In this document: positions 1 to 10,259 of the stretch, piece by piece
Numbering within the stretch: position 1 is the first letter of the stretch
Layout of the letters: the number at the start of each line of letters is the position of its first letter
From: Ginkgo biloba
Taxonomy: Eukaryota > Plantae > Ginkgophyta
Assembly (NCBI GenBank): GCA_024626585.2
Contig: JANKJI020000004.1
Location: 135,785,791 to 135,804,558, forward strand
Reading direction: 5' to 3'
Length of the DNA stretch: 18,768 bases
The notes under the pieces: model-generated
Told to the model about the DNA's origin: nothing
Databases searched by the model: none
Seen by the model: the letters and a program-made list of their open reading frames with translations, nothing else
Translations under genes and position numbers: made by a program

Positions 1-1
1 T

Positions 2-310
2 TTGATTAACTACTAGATCAATAAGAGAATTTGGAACTTGCAATTCTCCATTAGAAGGAAGCAAATTAAAATAACTGTTGTCTAGTTTCTGCTTCCCTTT
101 CAGGACATTGACCCAAGAAAACATGCCCAGGTCAAAGGGTCGTGGGTCCCCTAATCTTTCATACTTGTCTAACACTCTACCAACCCCACCTCCAATAGGG
201 GCATACAGGTTGCTATCCTCCACAGAACCCTTACCATGCCCAACACCACTACCGCCTCTACTACCTCTGCTATGCCCGAATGACATCACTTTAGACCTTC
301 CAAATGAAGG
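2..310 (-). mobile_element. Probable N-terminal part of a second LINE ORF1; open frame runs off the left edge
   Basis: The minus-strand frame is open from 310 to 2 (103 codons, ATG at 286). It is absent from the ORF track because no stop falls inside the window. Translation: MSFGHSRGSRGGSGVGHGKGSVEDSNLYAPIGGGVGRVLDKYERLGDPRPFDLGMFSWVNVLKGKQKLDNSYFNLLPSNGELQVPNSLIDLVVNQ. A Gly-rich leader, then SWxxVxKG, then a hydrophobic-P-xx-xID segment is the usual run-up to DUF4283 in plant L1 ORF1. The domain itself would lie outside the window. Confidence 0.6.
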
Positions 311-319
311 TTATTACCC

Positions 320-1770
320 AAATTATATCTATTTATATCCCATTATCTCTCCGCTTTTATATCTCCCTCCTTCATATGCAAAGCATTCTTCATAAAATAA
401 AATAATACCTCTTTCTCAAGGATAAGACTCATCCATATAGGACTATATATCTCATTTTATTCATGAAATAAGAACATACTATTATTATCTTGTTCACATC
501 AACCTATTTATTCTAAGTTATTAACATATGAATCATAAGTTTGATTCACACTAATAGGTTGCAAGATTAAGATACAACTTTTAGAAATGTAGGGTTATCT
601 TATCGATACCAAATCACTATCAAAGATATACCTCTTATAATCATTAAGTTTCCTTATCAATATTAGATCCATTTCCAAGGCTTATTTATTTAATAATCCT
701 CCTTTAGTGTTTAAAACTAGCATCTAGACCAACCATCCCTTGTTAACACCCTACTAGAAATGCAAGCCAACCTTTCTTAGTACCCATTGTCTCCTTAAAT
801 AATTATCCTTCCTATCACATATTTTTAAGGAAGGATTAGACTATATTATGCCTTAACAACCTCAACTAATCACTATTAGGGAATTAAGAATATACATATC
901 CCATAAGATAATCCAATTAACTCTAATAATATATCCAAGATAGCCCTTAATTTCTTTATTTTAGATGATGTAACTACATAACCTTCATTTACATTTATGA
1001 TTACTACATCACTAGGAATACACCTAATAACACCTTTCATCATGTAATTAGTATTGCTTATTGACATCAATTAATTTTTTAATTAAGAGTCCTCTTATTA
1101 CATAAAATATAACCAATGTTTTGGTATCACATTTATTTTGATATAATGCTATGAAGTTAGGACCTATCTAGCTCTTAAACTCTAGTAAAAATATTATGAG
1201 CATGAAAAATATCTATCTCACTTGAAAAAATTGACAAAGAATATTTTTTAATGTAGGATTTTTCTTAAAGGCACCCTACTTATTAAGATTCCTCTTTCTC
1301 CCTTATTGGTGACATTGACATTGGCATTAGTATAATTCTCACAACAATCATACCTACACTTGAGTATCACCTTAAGTTTCTTTGTATAATTCTTTTTATC
1401 TTAGTATTTTACCTCTAATAAATTTTTTCAACCATCTTATGCCTACTACCCTCATCTTTCAAGGGATTATATTATTAAGGAAAAATGACATTTGAAACAC
1501 CCACATTGATTTGCCTTATTTTTTATCTTATTTTAATAGTATGGTTAAAGGATATTATAATTATCTTAGTCAAAACCATGGTCATAGATCTAGTTTGGTT
1601 CTAGCTAATTCCTTTAACTTCCTTACCTCATCCCAATTGAGGAGAAATAGGCCTTATTACTCATATGTATAAGAGGAGGAATATGATTTATCCCTTGTCT
1701 CCAATGGAGGGGGTATAAGACCTACCCTTTATCACTTATTATTAAGGCCTAAATCTTATCTATATTCCCC
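320..1770 (+). mobile_element. Possible very old Ty3/gypsy integrase relic
   Basis: GLDYI occurs at 833 (cf. WGLDxIG). About 800 nt later come DLVWF and PN*GEIGLITHMY...YPLSPMEG at ~1587-1710 (cf. GDLVL...PNWxGPYxIxxxxxxGAYxLxxxxG). The spacing fits a Tat-type integrase, but the intervening sequence is not alignable by eye. Confidence 0.3.
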
Positions 1771-2206
1771 TATAAATATAAACTCAATCTAGATTCTAGA
1801 GAGATNNNNNNNNNNNNNNNNNNNNNNNNNNNNNNNNNNNNNNNNNNNNNNNNNNNNNNNNNNNNNNNNNNNNNNNNNNNNNNNNNNNNNNNNNNNNNNN
1901 NNNNNTCATCTAGAGTGGGGTAATCAAATTTTGTTCTAAACATGAAAAAGATATGAGCAGATATCTCAACCCTTTTATCTCTTGTATAATCTTGTGGGAT
2001 GTGACCATGTCCCTGTAGAGGATACTAAGCCAATAGGTTACTAAGACTCTTACTAAAAGAGCAGCCTTGTGGAATTGGATACCTATTGCCCAACATCATG
2101 ATGTTCTCTAGACATTTTAACTCAGTTGAATGTCAAGGATTAGATTACATATTAAAGAGGAGATTTGGTTCCACATGAAAGCTAAGTTAGATTTTCTAAG
2201 ACCCCA

Positions 2207-2234
2207 ACAAGGACAAGGACAAGGACAAGGACAA
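2207..2234. repeat. Hexanucleotide microsatellite (ACAAGG)4.7
   Basis: ACAAGGACAAGGACAAGGACAAGGACAA is read directly from the sequence. Confidence 0.95.
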
Positions 2235-4529
2235 AGTCTTCAAATTGTTTATTTTAACTCCTTGATTGAAGCTTGTTGGAGTGGACACTAGCCACACAGT
2301 GGAGGAAATAATGTGGAGGATACGATGGAGTATGAAACAACTCTAAAGTACCCTAGCATAGTGTCATGCCTTTTTGATTTTATGCCAAATGTTTTTTTTC
2401 AAGTTAGAGCTCTATATATTTTATATCCTTCTCCAAATTTACTCTTTACTATCGATCTTTGTTGACCAATATCACCCTTTGATTTTTTGGTGTCTATGCT
2501 TTTATAACTTTCTCACTTTGCTTTATACCAATAATTTTCTTTAGCTAATCTTAATCTTTGATTTCGCTATATCAAAATCCTTTGTTATATATCAAATACT
2601 TGTGTACTTTTACACACTCCTCTAACTTTGCATCTTACTCTAATAACCAAAGTTTAGCTAAATTTTCCATCTTATGATTCATGAAGATTTCATTAATCTA
2701 CTTATGGATTATAAAAAACCTTCTTATATGGAGATTCATAATTACTCTACCTTTAAACTTTAGTATCCATCATGCCATTAGATAAATCACCCAAATATGA
2801 GCAGTTTCTTTAGTTTTTGGCAAATTTTTTTATATTTCATAAACTTCTCTGGTATTTTATAGTTTTATTTGATGTAATTTCCTTATTAGTAAAAATCATA
2901 GAACTTCAAGCTTTCATAATGTAAATACAAAGTATAGTCTTAGCTATAGAGCTTAAAACTCACCAAGAGATCTAACCCTTAGAACCTGTAGATAATTTTG
3001 GTCCTAGACTTGGTTATCAACCATATATAATATTTAGACNNNNNNNNNNNNNNNNNNNNNNNNNNNNNNNNNNNNNNNNNNNNNNNNNNNNNNNNNNNNN
3101 NNNNNNNNNNNNNNNNNNNNNNNNNNATCCTTACTCTTTATATCAAATCAAGATCACCTATGCATGGGATAAAGATACTTGTTACATGCATAAGATAGGG
3201 TACTATCTCTTTTGAAATGAATGAGATAGAAGGTTAATATTAGGATTAAAGGGAGGACATTTTGTTAATGAATGTAAGGATATTATATTTTTTATAATTA
3301 TAAATCAAGTAATCATCTACATGTTTTAACTCTAAGAGTAACTTTAACTTTGATTCCATTTATTTTAGTGAAATATGGGTTAGTCTATGGGTCTTTAAAC
3401 TAAAGCCTTCTTTATAAAATAAGGTTTCAATTTTTATAATAACATAATATCCTCAATGGATGAGGGTAGGAGGGTATAGATGAGTGAAATGCATCAATGA
3501 AAATTAAGGAACAAATTAGATATATGGCTCAAATGTGGTATTTTAGTTGGATCTAATGTGGTACTCAGATGATAATCAATATCTAGATGACTTACATATA
3601 TGAGTTGGATATACTAGGTCTCTTGAGGATAAAGAGAATAGGAATCAAGTGACATCACTAGCCTACATATAAAATATTCGTATCTAACTCTTTCATATTT
3701 TTTATATATTTGGTGTGAGGTGGGCATTTCCCTTTCTAACGATATGATGGATAGAAGTTTTATAGGTCCTAAATTTAAGGATGATTATATAAAAAAATTA
3801 TAAGAACCATTTTATTATAAAAGAATCAAATTGAAAATATATTGGGGATAAAAAGATAAACTAAACCATGCTATAGGGAATAAAAGGAGTGGTTACTTTA
3901 GATGATATTAATAAAGTAATTATTGTAGCTCTAGGATATTATGAAGCTATAATATGCCAAAGCTTATCAAGAGAAGTTATCCCTATAATAAATGTATTAA
4001 ATATAACATAATAAACTTAGTAATATTATAAAGATATGTTCTATAAAGTTTGTCGGGGTCTATAGGATATTGGCGATTCAAATGCTAGTTTGAATGTCAT
4101 TTGGAAGAGTAGCTTCATAAGTGTCATTAAAGTATCTTGGAGTATATAAAGAAGATGCTACTCTAGAAATTATATTTAATTCAACAAGATAATGGAGGGA
4201 TTACTTGGATATAGTGTTGACAAGTCATCTCATCTTCAAATGCTTGTTTANNNNNNNNNNNNNNNNNNNNNNNNNNNNNNNNNNNNNNNNNNNNNNNNNN
4301 NNNNNNNNNNNNNNNNNNNNNNNNNNNNNNNNNNNNNNNNNNNNNNNNNNAAAAAAAAAAAAAAATACCCTAATTACTAAGGAATTAGAATCCCTTCCAC
4401 CTAGAATTTAAATGTAGATATTTATGGAACAAATTTATTTTCATTTGAAGTCAAATTCCACCAAACCCATTTTCTAGTGATGACGATCATCATCATCTTA
4501 CCCTTAAAACTTACAGATGTGAGACCAGT

Positions 4530-4570
4530 AAGGTCATTGTTAACTTACACCAAGGTCATTGTTAACTTAC
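4530..4570. repeat. Perfect 19-bp direct duplication (period 22)
   Basis: AAGGTCATTGTTAACTTAC occurs at 4530-4548 and 4552-4570. Confidence 0.95.
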
Positions 4571-5883
4571 TCTTGTTCCAAAATCATTTCATTGCTTTCC
4601 TTTTCAAAGATGTATCCTTGGATTTGAAATCCTCCTTCTCAAAGAGGGAAATAGAGGAAAAAAATTGTATCATCCAACTACACACTATATGAATGATGGG
4701 AATTTTGATCATTTTAAAAAATAATGGTTAAGAGGGGAACTAATGATAGTTCACAATGTATTGAAAAATACATCAGGTCTAAGTTGGGGGCCCATGGTTA
4801 TGTGACAGGCTATTTAGGAGACTACCAAGAGAAAATTTAAAGAAGAGATAAATATAGTAACCAAGGAAGGTGCTACCCTAAGATTAGTTTTATCTAAGTC
4901 ACAAATGGGAAGTTTGATAACTACTTTTTCATCTGAGAACAAACAACAAAAAATTTAATCTAATAAGATAGTAGAGAGTGTATCTGTATTTGTTGATGCT
5001 ATTTCATCAAGAAGGACATAAGAGAATTCATCTTCTGCTAATATTTCTATTCAACAAATCGAAGACCCATGGGAGGTAGATAATGTGCCCACAACAATAA
5101 ACGTTCCCCCTAAATGGGGTGAAGGTGGGTTCTCACTTACTGCTATCTCTTTCATCCTTAGAAGTTTGGTGAAGGGTCAAGTCAGTAATGAGAAGATTGA
5201 TAAGGAGCCAATAATTGGTGTTGTGGTTATGTGTTCATCACAAAAAGTTAAAAATATTTTCACTTAAAAAATTATGGGAAAACACAACTAATGAAAGATA
5301 ACACTGTGGCCACTATACTTAGTATGACTCTCCCATTCATTGGCAATTGTTCGAGTCAAAGCAAATGACATTAGTGGAAATAGAAGGGCATCACTCAAGA
5401 CTATGTTTAGAACAAAAAACCTTCAGTGATCATTATCCCACTTCAAAGAGCACAATGATGCCAATTTGGAATGCTTAGACAAACATGAATAGTCACAACA
5501 ATTGTCGTATAGGTTCAACCTATAATTGTGGCCATTTAAAAAGAAATAGATATAAAATAAAAATTATAAGGGTGTAAAAAATAAAATTGATTTAGAATAT
5601 TATTAATATAAAAGAATATTCTAAATTGAATAAAGAGATTATTTATAAAGGTTAAAAAATATTAAGAGTAATTTAAAGTTTAAAACTTGTGAGGACCACT
5701 TGAAGTTTCAAAATGCCACTAAGAAAATATACTTAATATTTCAAAATGCCACCAAGCAAGTAAGAATTCATGTCAATCATTCGNNNNNNNNNNNNNNNNN
5801 NNNNNNNNNNNNNNNNNNNNNNNNNNNNNNNNNNNNNNNNNNNNNNNNNNNNNNNNNNNNNNNNNNNNNNNNNNNNNNNNNNN

Positions 5884-6710
5884 CGTAGAGATCTATGATC
5901 GAGGCACACATAAGTTGATTGAGGTATATGAATAACTCAATCAAGGTATATGAGTATTGCATAAAATTGAGAGAAAATATCATAATTAATCTACCTCGAC
6001 TGTGGACCTCTATGATTGAGGCACGTATATGTCAATCAATGTATACGAATACCTTGATCGAGGTATATGAGTATCGTATAAAATTGAGAGAAAATATCAT
6101 AATTAATCTTCCTCGATCATGGATCTCTACGATTGAGGCCAAGATACCTCGATCAAGTTTGGCAACTAGCATATAAAATTGAGAGAAAATCTCCTATTTA
6201 ATTTTCCTCAATCATCATCTCTACGATCAAGGTATTCAAATACCTCAATCGTGGTAGTCGACTAGCGCACGAAATTGAGAGAAAATCCCCTAATTAATTT
6301 ACCTCGATCGTCATATCCATGATCGAGGTATTCAAATATCTTAATCGAGATAGTCGACAAGCGCACAAAATTGAGAAAAATCCCATAATTAATTTATCTC
6401 GATCGTGGACCTCCTCAATTGAGGCACATATATGTCGATCAAGCTATGCAATTAGGGCCAAAAATACCCTAATTAGTCCACCTCGATCATCCATGATGGA
6501 GGTAGTTAGATACCTTAATTGAGGTATGTGACCACTAGTGTAGTGAAATTATTAACCTCAATCATAGATCTCTATGATCAAGGTACGAATACCTTGATTT
6601 GGGTACATATACCTTGATTGAGGTATGAAACGAGTGCCAGAAATCCCACAATTAAATCACCTTGACCTTTAACCTGCCTCGATCGAGATATGATGTAACC
6701 TCGATCAAAA
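5884..6710. repeat. Degenerate tandem array (units about 117/95/96/96/~81 bp) built from the palindromic motif ACCTCGATCGAGGT and an AAATTGAGAGAAAAT..AATTAAT module
   Basis: The anchor AAATTGAGA starts at 5964, 6081, 6176, 6272 and 6368, with a diverged copy near 6450. Each anchor is followed by an inverted repeat of consensus ACCTCGATCGT-N7/8-ACGATCGAGGT; the best copy is 6301-6329. The left end is hidden by the gap 5784-5883. Confidence 0.9.
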
Positions 6711-7569
6711 TATTCATCCCTTAATGAAGATAATTACCCTTAACGATATTCATCCCTTACTTAAATTATAAGTGGCGTAGTCACTTATTAATCTTCCCAA
6801 TCTATCCATATAGTATCATGGATATCTTGTATCCATGGTAACCATTTTTTTACTATAGGGTATACTTATTCCTTCACTTTAATAAAAAAGGAATCATTCA
6901 TATTTTCATAATCAAAGAGTTTCCTTATAATCATTAAAAAAATACTTATTGTCTTTATATAATAATAGAGTTTATCTACAATTTTATGGAGTAATTTTAC
7001 AACCCTTAAGGCTGGGGAAATCTTGTTTAAAGTGGTTGCATCCACACCTAAAANNNNNNNNNNNNNNNNNNNNNNNNNNNNNNNNNNNNNNNNNNNNNNN
7101 NNNNNNNNNNNNNNNNNNNNNNNNNNNNNNNNNNNNNNNNNNNNNNNNNNNNNGACACATATGTTAATGCAACAGAAATGGAAATGGATGATGATGCACT
7201 CCCTCCTGTCCAAGTGGTATGTTGCTAAAATCCAAATAAAAAGAAAAAAAACTATTGACGTAAAATATATAGTATTGATAATGTGTGTTTGGGACTCTAC
7301 AATGGAAGATAGTTTATTAGCTCCTAGTTGGCCGAAAGGTAAACGTACAATTTAGTACTCACCTACATCCTACCATGCTTGTGTCAAAACTTATGATAAA
7401 AATATAGGTATTGGCATCTTAAATAAGTAAATACAAAATGGTTTAACATATGATATCATTTCTCTTGTTTGGCAATAAATGGCCTCTCACATCCCTCGTG
7501 ATGAGCTACATTAGACGAGCAACTGGTGATTATGTCTCTTCTTGAGGATAACTTAATGAGACATGAATT

Positions 7570-8520
7570 GTTAGATCAATGGTTTTGACAGTGCTTATAT
7601 AAAATATCAAGAGAATCATAGTAAGACGAATTGCCTAGGTGATTTTCAATTGAAAGCAATATATTAAAGCTACAAAATAGTGTACAAAATTCAATTGAAA
7701 GGTCAACTAGGTAATCAAGTTAAGAATTGAGCTAAACTTATAGTCTATATATTCGACATAAAAAAGGCTAAAGCATCCTGAATTTTTTTTGCAACAATAA
7801 GAGGAATTGACACTAAACTTAGATATGAAGTTTGATGTTTGAAATTTCTATTTTAACATCCACTGGTCTATGACTTATGAGGCTATGAAAGAAAAATTGT
7901 ATTGCAAAAGAAGTGTTAAGATTTTTACCTAGCAACATTTAAGATAATCAATTGAGTAATTGAGACGAAAGTATTTCTGACTTGAAGATTAGTAAAAAAT
8001 TAGATACATATGAAATTTTGAAGAAAATGTTTAAATATCAAGAAGATAGATACTCAATTATGATTGCGACATTGGGTTCTCTATTCTAGGTAAATCTACC
8101 TTTAGAATTGCATATGTGATGTTGAATGTTAGAGAAGTGATTCCACGTAATGAAACTCGTGACTTCTAAATAGAACTAAGCACAAGATGTGTCTAAATGG
8201 GGTTGGTCTAGTGGCTTGTGTGACTTTCCTTAAGACTTCTAAACAAAAATCTTCTTTTTAATAAGAAACCAAAAATTTGCTTAGAATCTAAGAAGAAATA
8301 TATTAAATAGTGATTAAGACACTAGCATCTTGTTGTCAACTTAGTTTGTTCATGGTCCTGCTAGACCTCTATGTATGGAAGAGATGGCATCAATCCAAAG
8401 AATTGAACAAGTATCCAAGTGCTAGCATTAAGCATTGCATAGAACAAAGTTAACTTGGTCTTGTGGCATGCATACAACAAACTTAAGTTGGTCTTGTGGT
8501 TGGGTATCTTTTTGTAATTG
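7570..8520 (+). mobile_element. Highly eroded hAT-superfamily (ZMYM1/DUF4371-like) transposase relic
   Basis: Motif remnants appear in the expected order across several frameshifts: NGFDSAYIKYQENHSK (7578; cf. GFxxWxxxxxxFxxHxxS), FATIRGID (7788, same frame; cf. LAxRGHDE), FLPSNI*DN (7922; cf. YxSxxIQNE), EILKKM...RYSIMI (8012; cf. FSIxxDE), EEIY*IVIKTL (8292), HGPA..MYGRDGI (8351-8391; cf. DGAxxMxGxxxG) and KYPSASIKHC + K(V/L)NLVL (8409-8463; cf. PxAxYxHCxxHxLNLVL). The catalytic acidic residues are not preserved. Confidence 0.45.
8432..8499. repeat. Imperfect ~34-bp tandem duplication
   Basis: GCATTGCATAGAACAAAGTTAACTTGGTCTTGTG is followed by GCATGCATACAACAAACTTAAGTTGGTCTTGTGG. Confidence 0.85.
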
Positions 8521-9290
8521 ATGATTCTTAAAAAGACATCCATAGTTTTGCTACATAATGTACATTGCATTCCCCAAACAATAACAATTTGTAAATGCTT
8601 TAGAATGCAATAGATCATCACTCTCGCTCTCATAAGACTCAAATACTCATTCCATTATGTTAATATTTTGTGATTTCATAATACTTTTCTTGTCCACTTG
8701 GATGCTGGTATCCTATCTCATTGATGAAATTTTCTTAGATATGGGCTATTCATTTATAGTAACTATTAGTTTATATTGACTTAGAATCCAATAATTATTA
8801 TGCTTTGGACTAAAGGTGATTAGTCTTAAGAGGCATTGATCATTCAAGAAGTTTTTTTTTCCTGTTTTGATTTTCTATCTTTTTGTCTTATGATGTACTT
8901 TTTTTCTAGTGCTACATGCACTATTTTTTAATACAATATTGAAAAGATTTATTTCTAAATTTGATTTGTTAACCTACTCATACTCAATGGATTCGGTAAT
9001 TTCATCTTTGAAGCTCAGAAAAAGTACATTTATTCGAGATATGTAGTATCAGTGATACTAAATTCAACACTCAACAACCTTGCTCATACATTTTCATTGC
9101 CATTGAAGTATGTTGATCTCTATGTTCATTAGTTTATTCATCTCTGTCCTTCTATTGTCGCTCCTAATCTATTTTCATTTTATTTCAAAATATACAAATT
9201 CTAAACTATTAATTTTTCCCCGTGTTAATTTATTAATGGATTTCAAATGAATACAAGAGAAGCATGCGATCGATTTGTTAACCTGCTCAC

Positions 9291-9311
9291 ACTCAAAACT
9301 CAAAACTCAAA
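9291..9311. repeat. Heptamer tandem repeat (ACTCAAA)3
   Basis: Three exact copies at 9291, 9298 and 9305. Confidence 0.9.
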
Positions 9312-10259
9312 AGTACATAAATCACCTTTTCCATTTTATAACTGTTGATGGATAAATTAGGGAGGTAGGTGCCAATGACATCATTAGGTGTACTATTGAT
9401 GGATAAATCCAGGAGGCAACCACTTCTAATGTAATCCACCACCGATTGCACTCACTACATGCTTTTAGATTTTTCATAGAAATGAACAAAGTGGTGTATA
9501 TTAGAGGATTACATCTGAGAATGAACCACAATGGGTAAAAATATTCAAATGCACTAAGCGGCTCCCTCCATGAATCATTTAGGACTTCTAATTACAAATG
9601 CGAGAGGTCTCTATTGCTGTAGCTCCACGAATTCAAATAGTGGTTTCAAATGTGAATGCACTAGGGGTAGGGGTGGTGGAAGAGACACTGCATTCAATTC
9701 ACAATGGGGGTGGATGGAGATACCACCATAGAAAGGAGTTGAATTTAGAGGTGGTGGGCATGTAATGGAGGTGAAAAGTTCTGGGCAATGGGTCCTGCTC
9801 GATAGAAATAAAAATGGAAGGTGATGCCCTCGATCTGAGTAAAATTGGATCATCGCCAGAATCGGCTCATCGGGTTATGGATGCATGTTGGAAGGGCATG
9901 GCATGGATGGATGGAGTCCTCAAAATCATCACCAATCATTGCCTATTTGTCACCTAGATAGTTTACTCCTATAATTTTTACACTGATAAACCCTATGTTA
10001 TCGTAACTTAGTCATTCCGTTCATGATAGGTTATCGTATTTGTTGAAATATCCTATGTTTACTGTTTAAAATATGAGCATGTACATGAGTAACCTCTTAT
10101 GTAAGAAATTGTACTTCTTCTCCTCTTTTCTTACCATATCAAGGATGACAGTGATGAGCTCAGAATGCTCGCTAAGTAGTCAAGTATCTTCTTTATCGTA
10201 TAAAAGACACACATCATGTTCTTGGAAGTCAATATCTATTGTGTGAGAACTGGAATAGT

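Noticed and set aside
78-395. Pro-rich 105-aa + strand ORF
   Set aside because: It is the antisense shadow of the Gly-rich minus-strand frame and crosses a compositional boundary at ~310.
1906-2080. Possible C-terminal RNase H remnant of a plant LINE (HVP..E / AN.V..TLTKRA)
   Set aside because: It requires frameshifts and only a few residues match; too weak to call.
4351-4365. A15 tract as a retroposon tail
   Set aside because: It abuts a gap, so the upstream element and TSD cannot be seen.
5919-6522. ORFs 5919..6176 and 6319..6522 with repeated peptides (KLRENIIINLPR)
   Set aside because: They are by-products of the DNA repeat; unit lengths include 95 bp, which breaks frame.
6533-6545. 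CACTAGTGTAGTG contains both CACTA and TAGTG terminal motifs
   Set aside because: It lies inside the array, which continues on both sides; no partner TIR or 3-bp TSD was identified.
5884-6710. CRISPR-like appearance of regularly spaced palindromic repeats
   Set aside because: The intervening sequences are themselves homologous rather than unique spacers, the repeats are heavily diverged, no cas genes are present, and the context is eukaryotic.
7006-7053. LRLGKSCLKWLHPHLK resembles the R2R3-MYB motif LxRCGKSCRLRWxNYLRPDLK
   Set aside because: It needs two deletions in 16 residues, has no upstream MYB sequence, and is cut by a gap. It cannot be distinguished from chance without gap closure.
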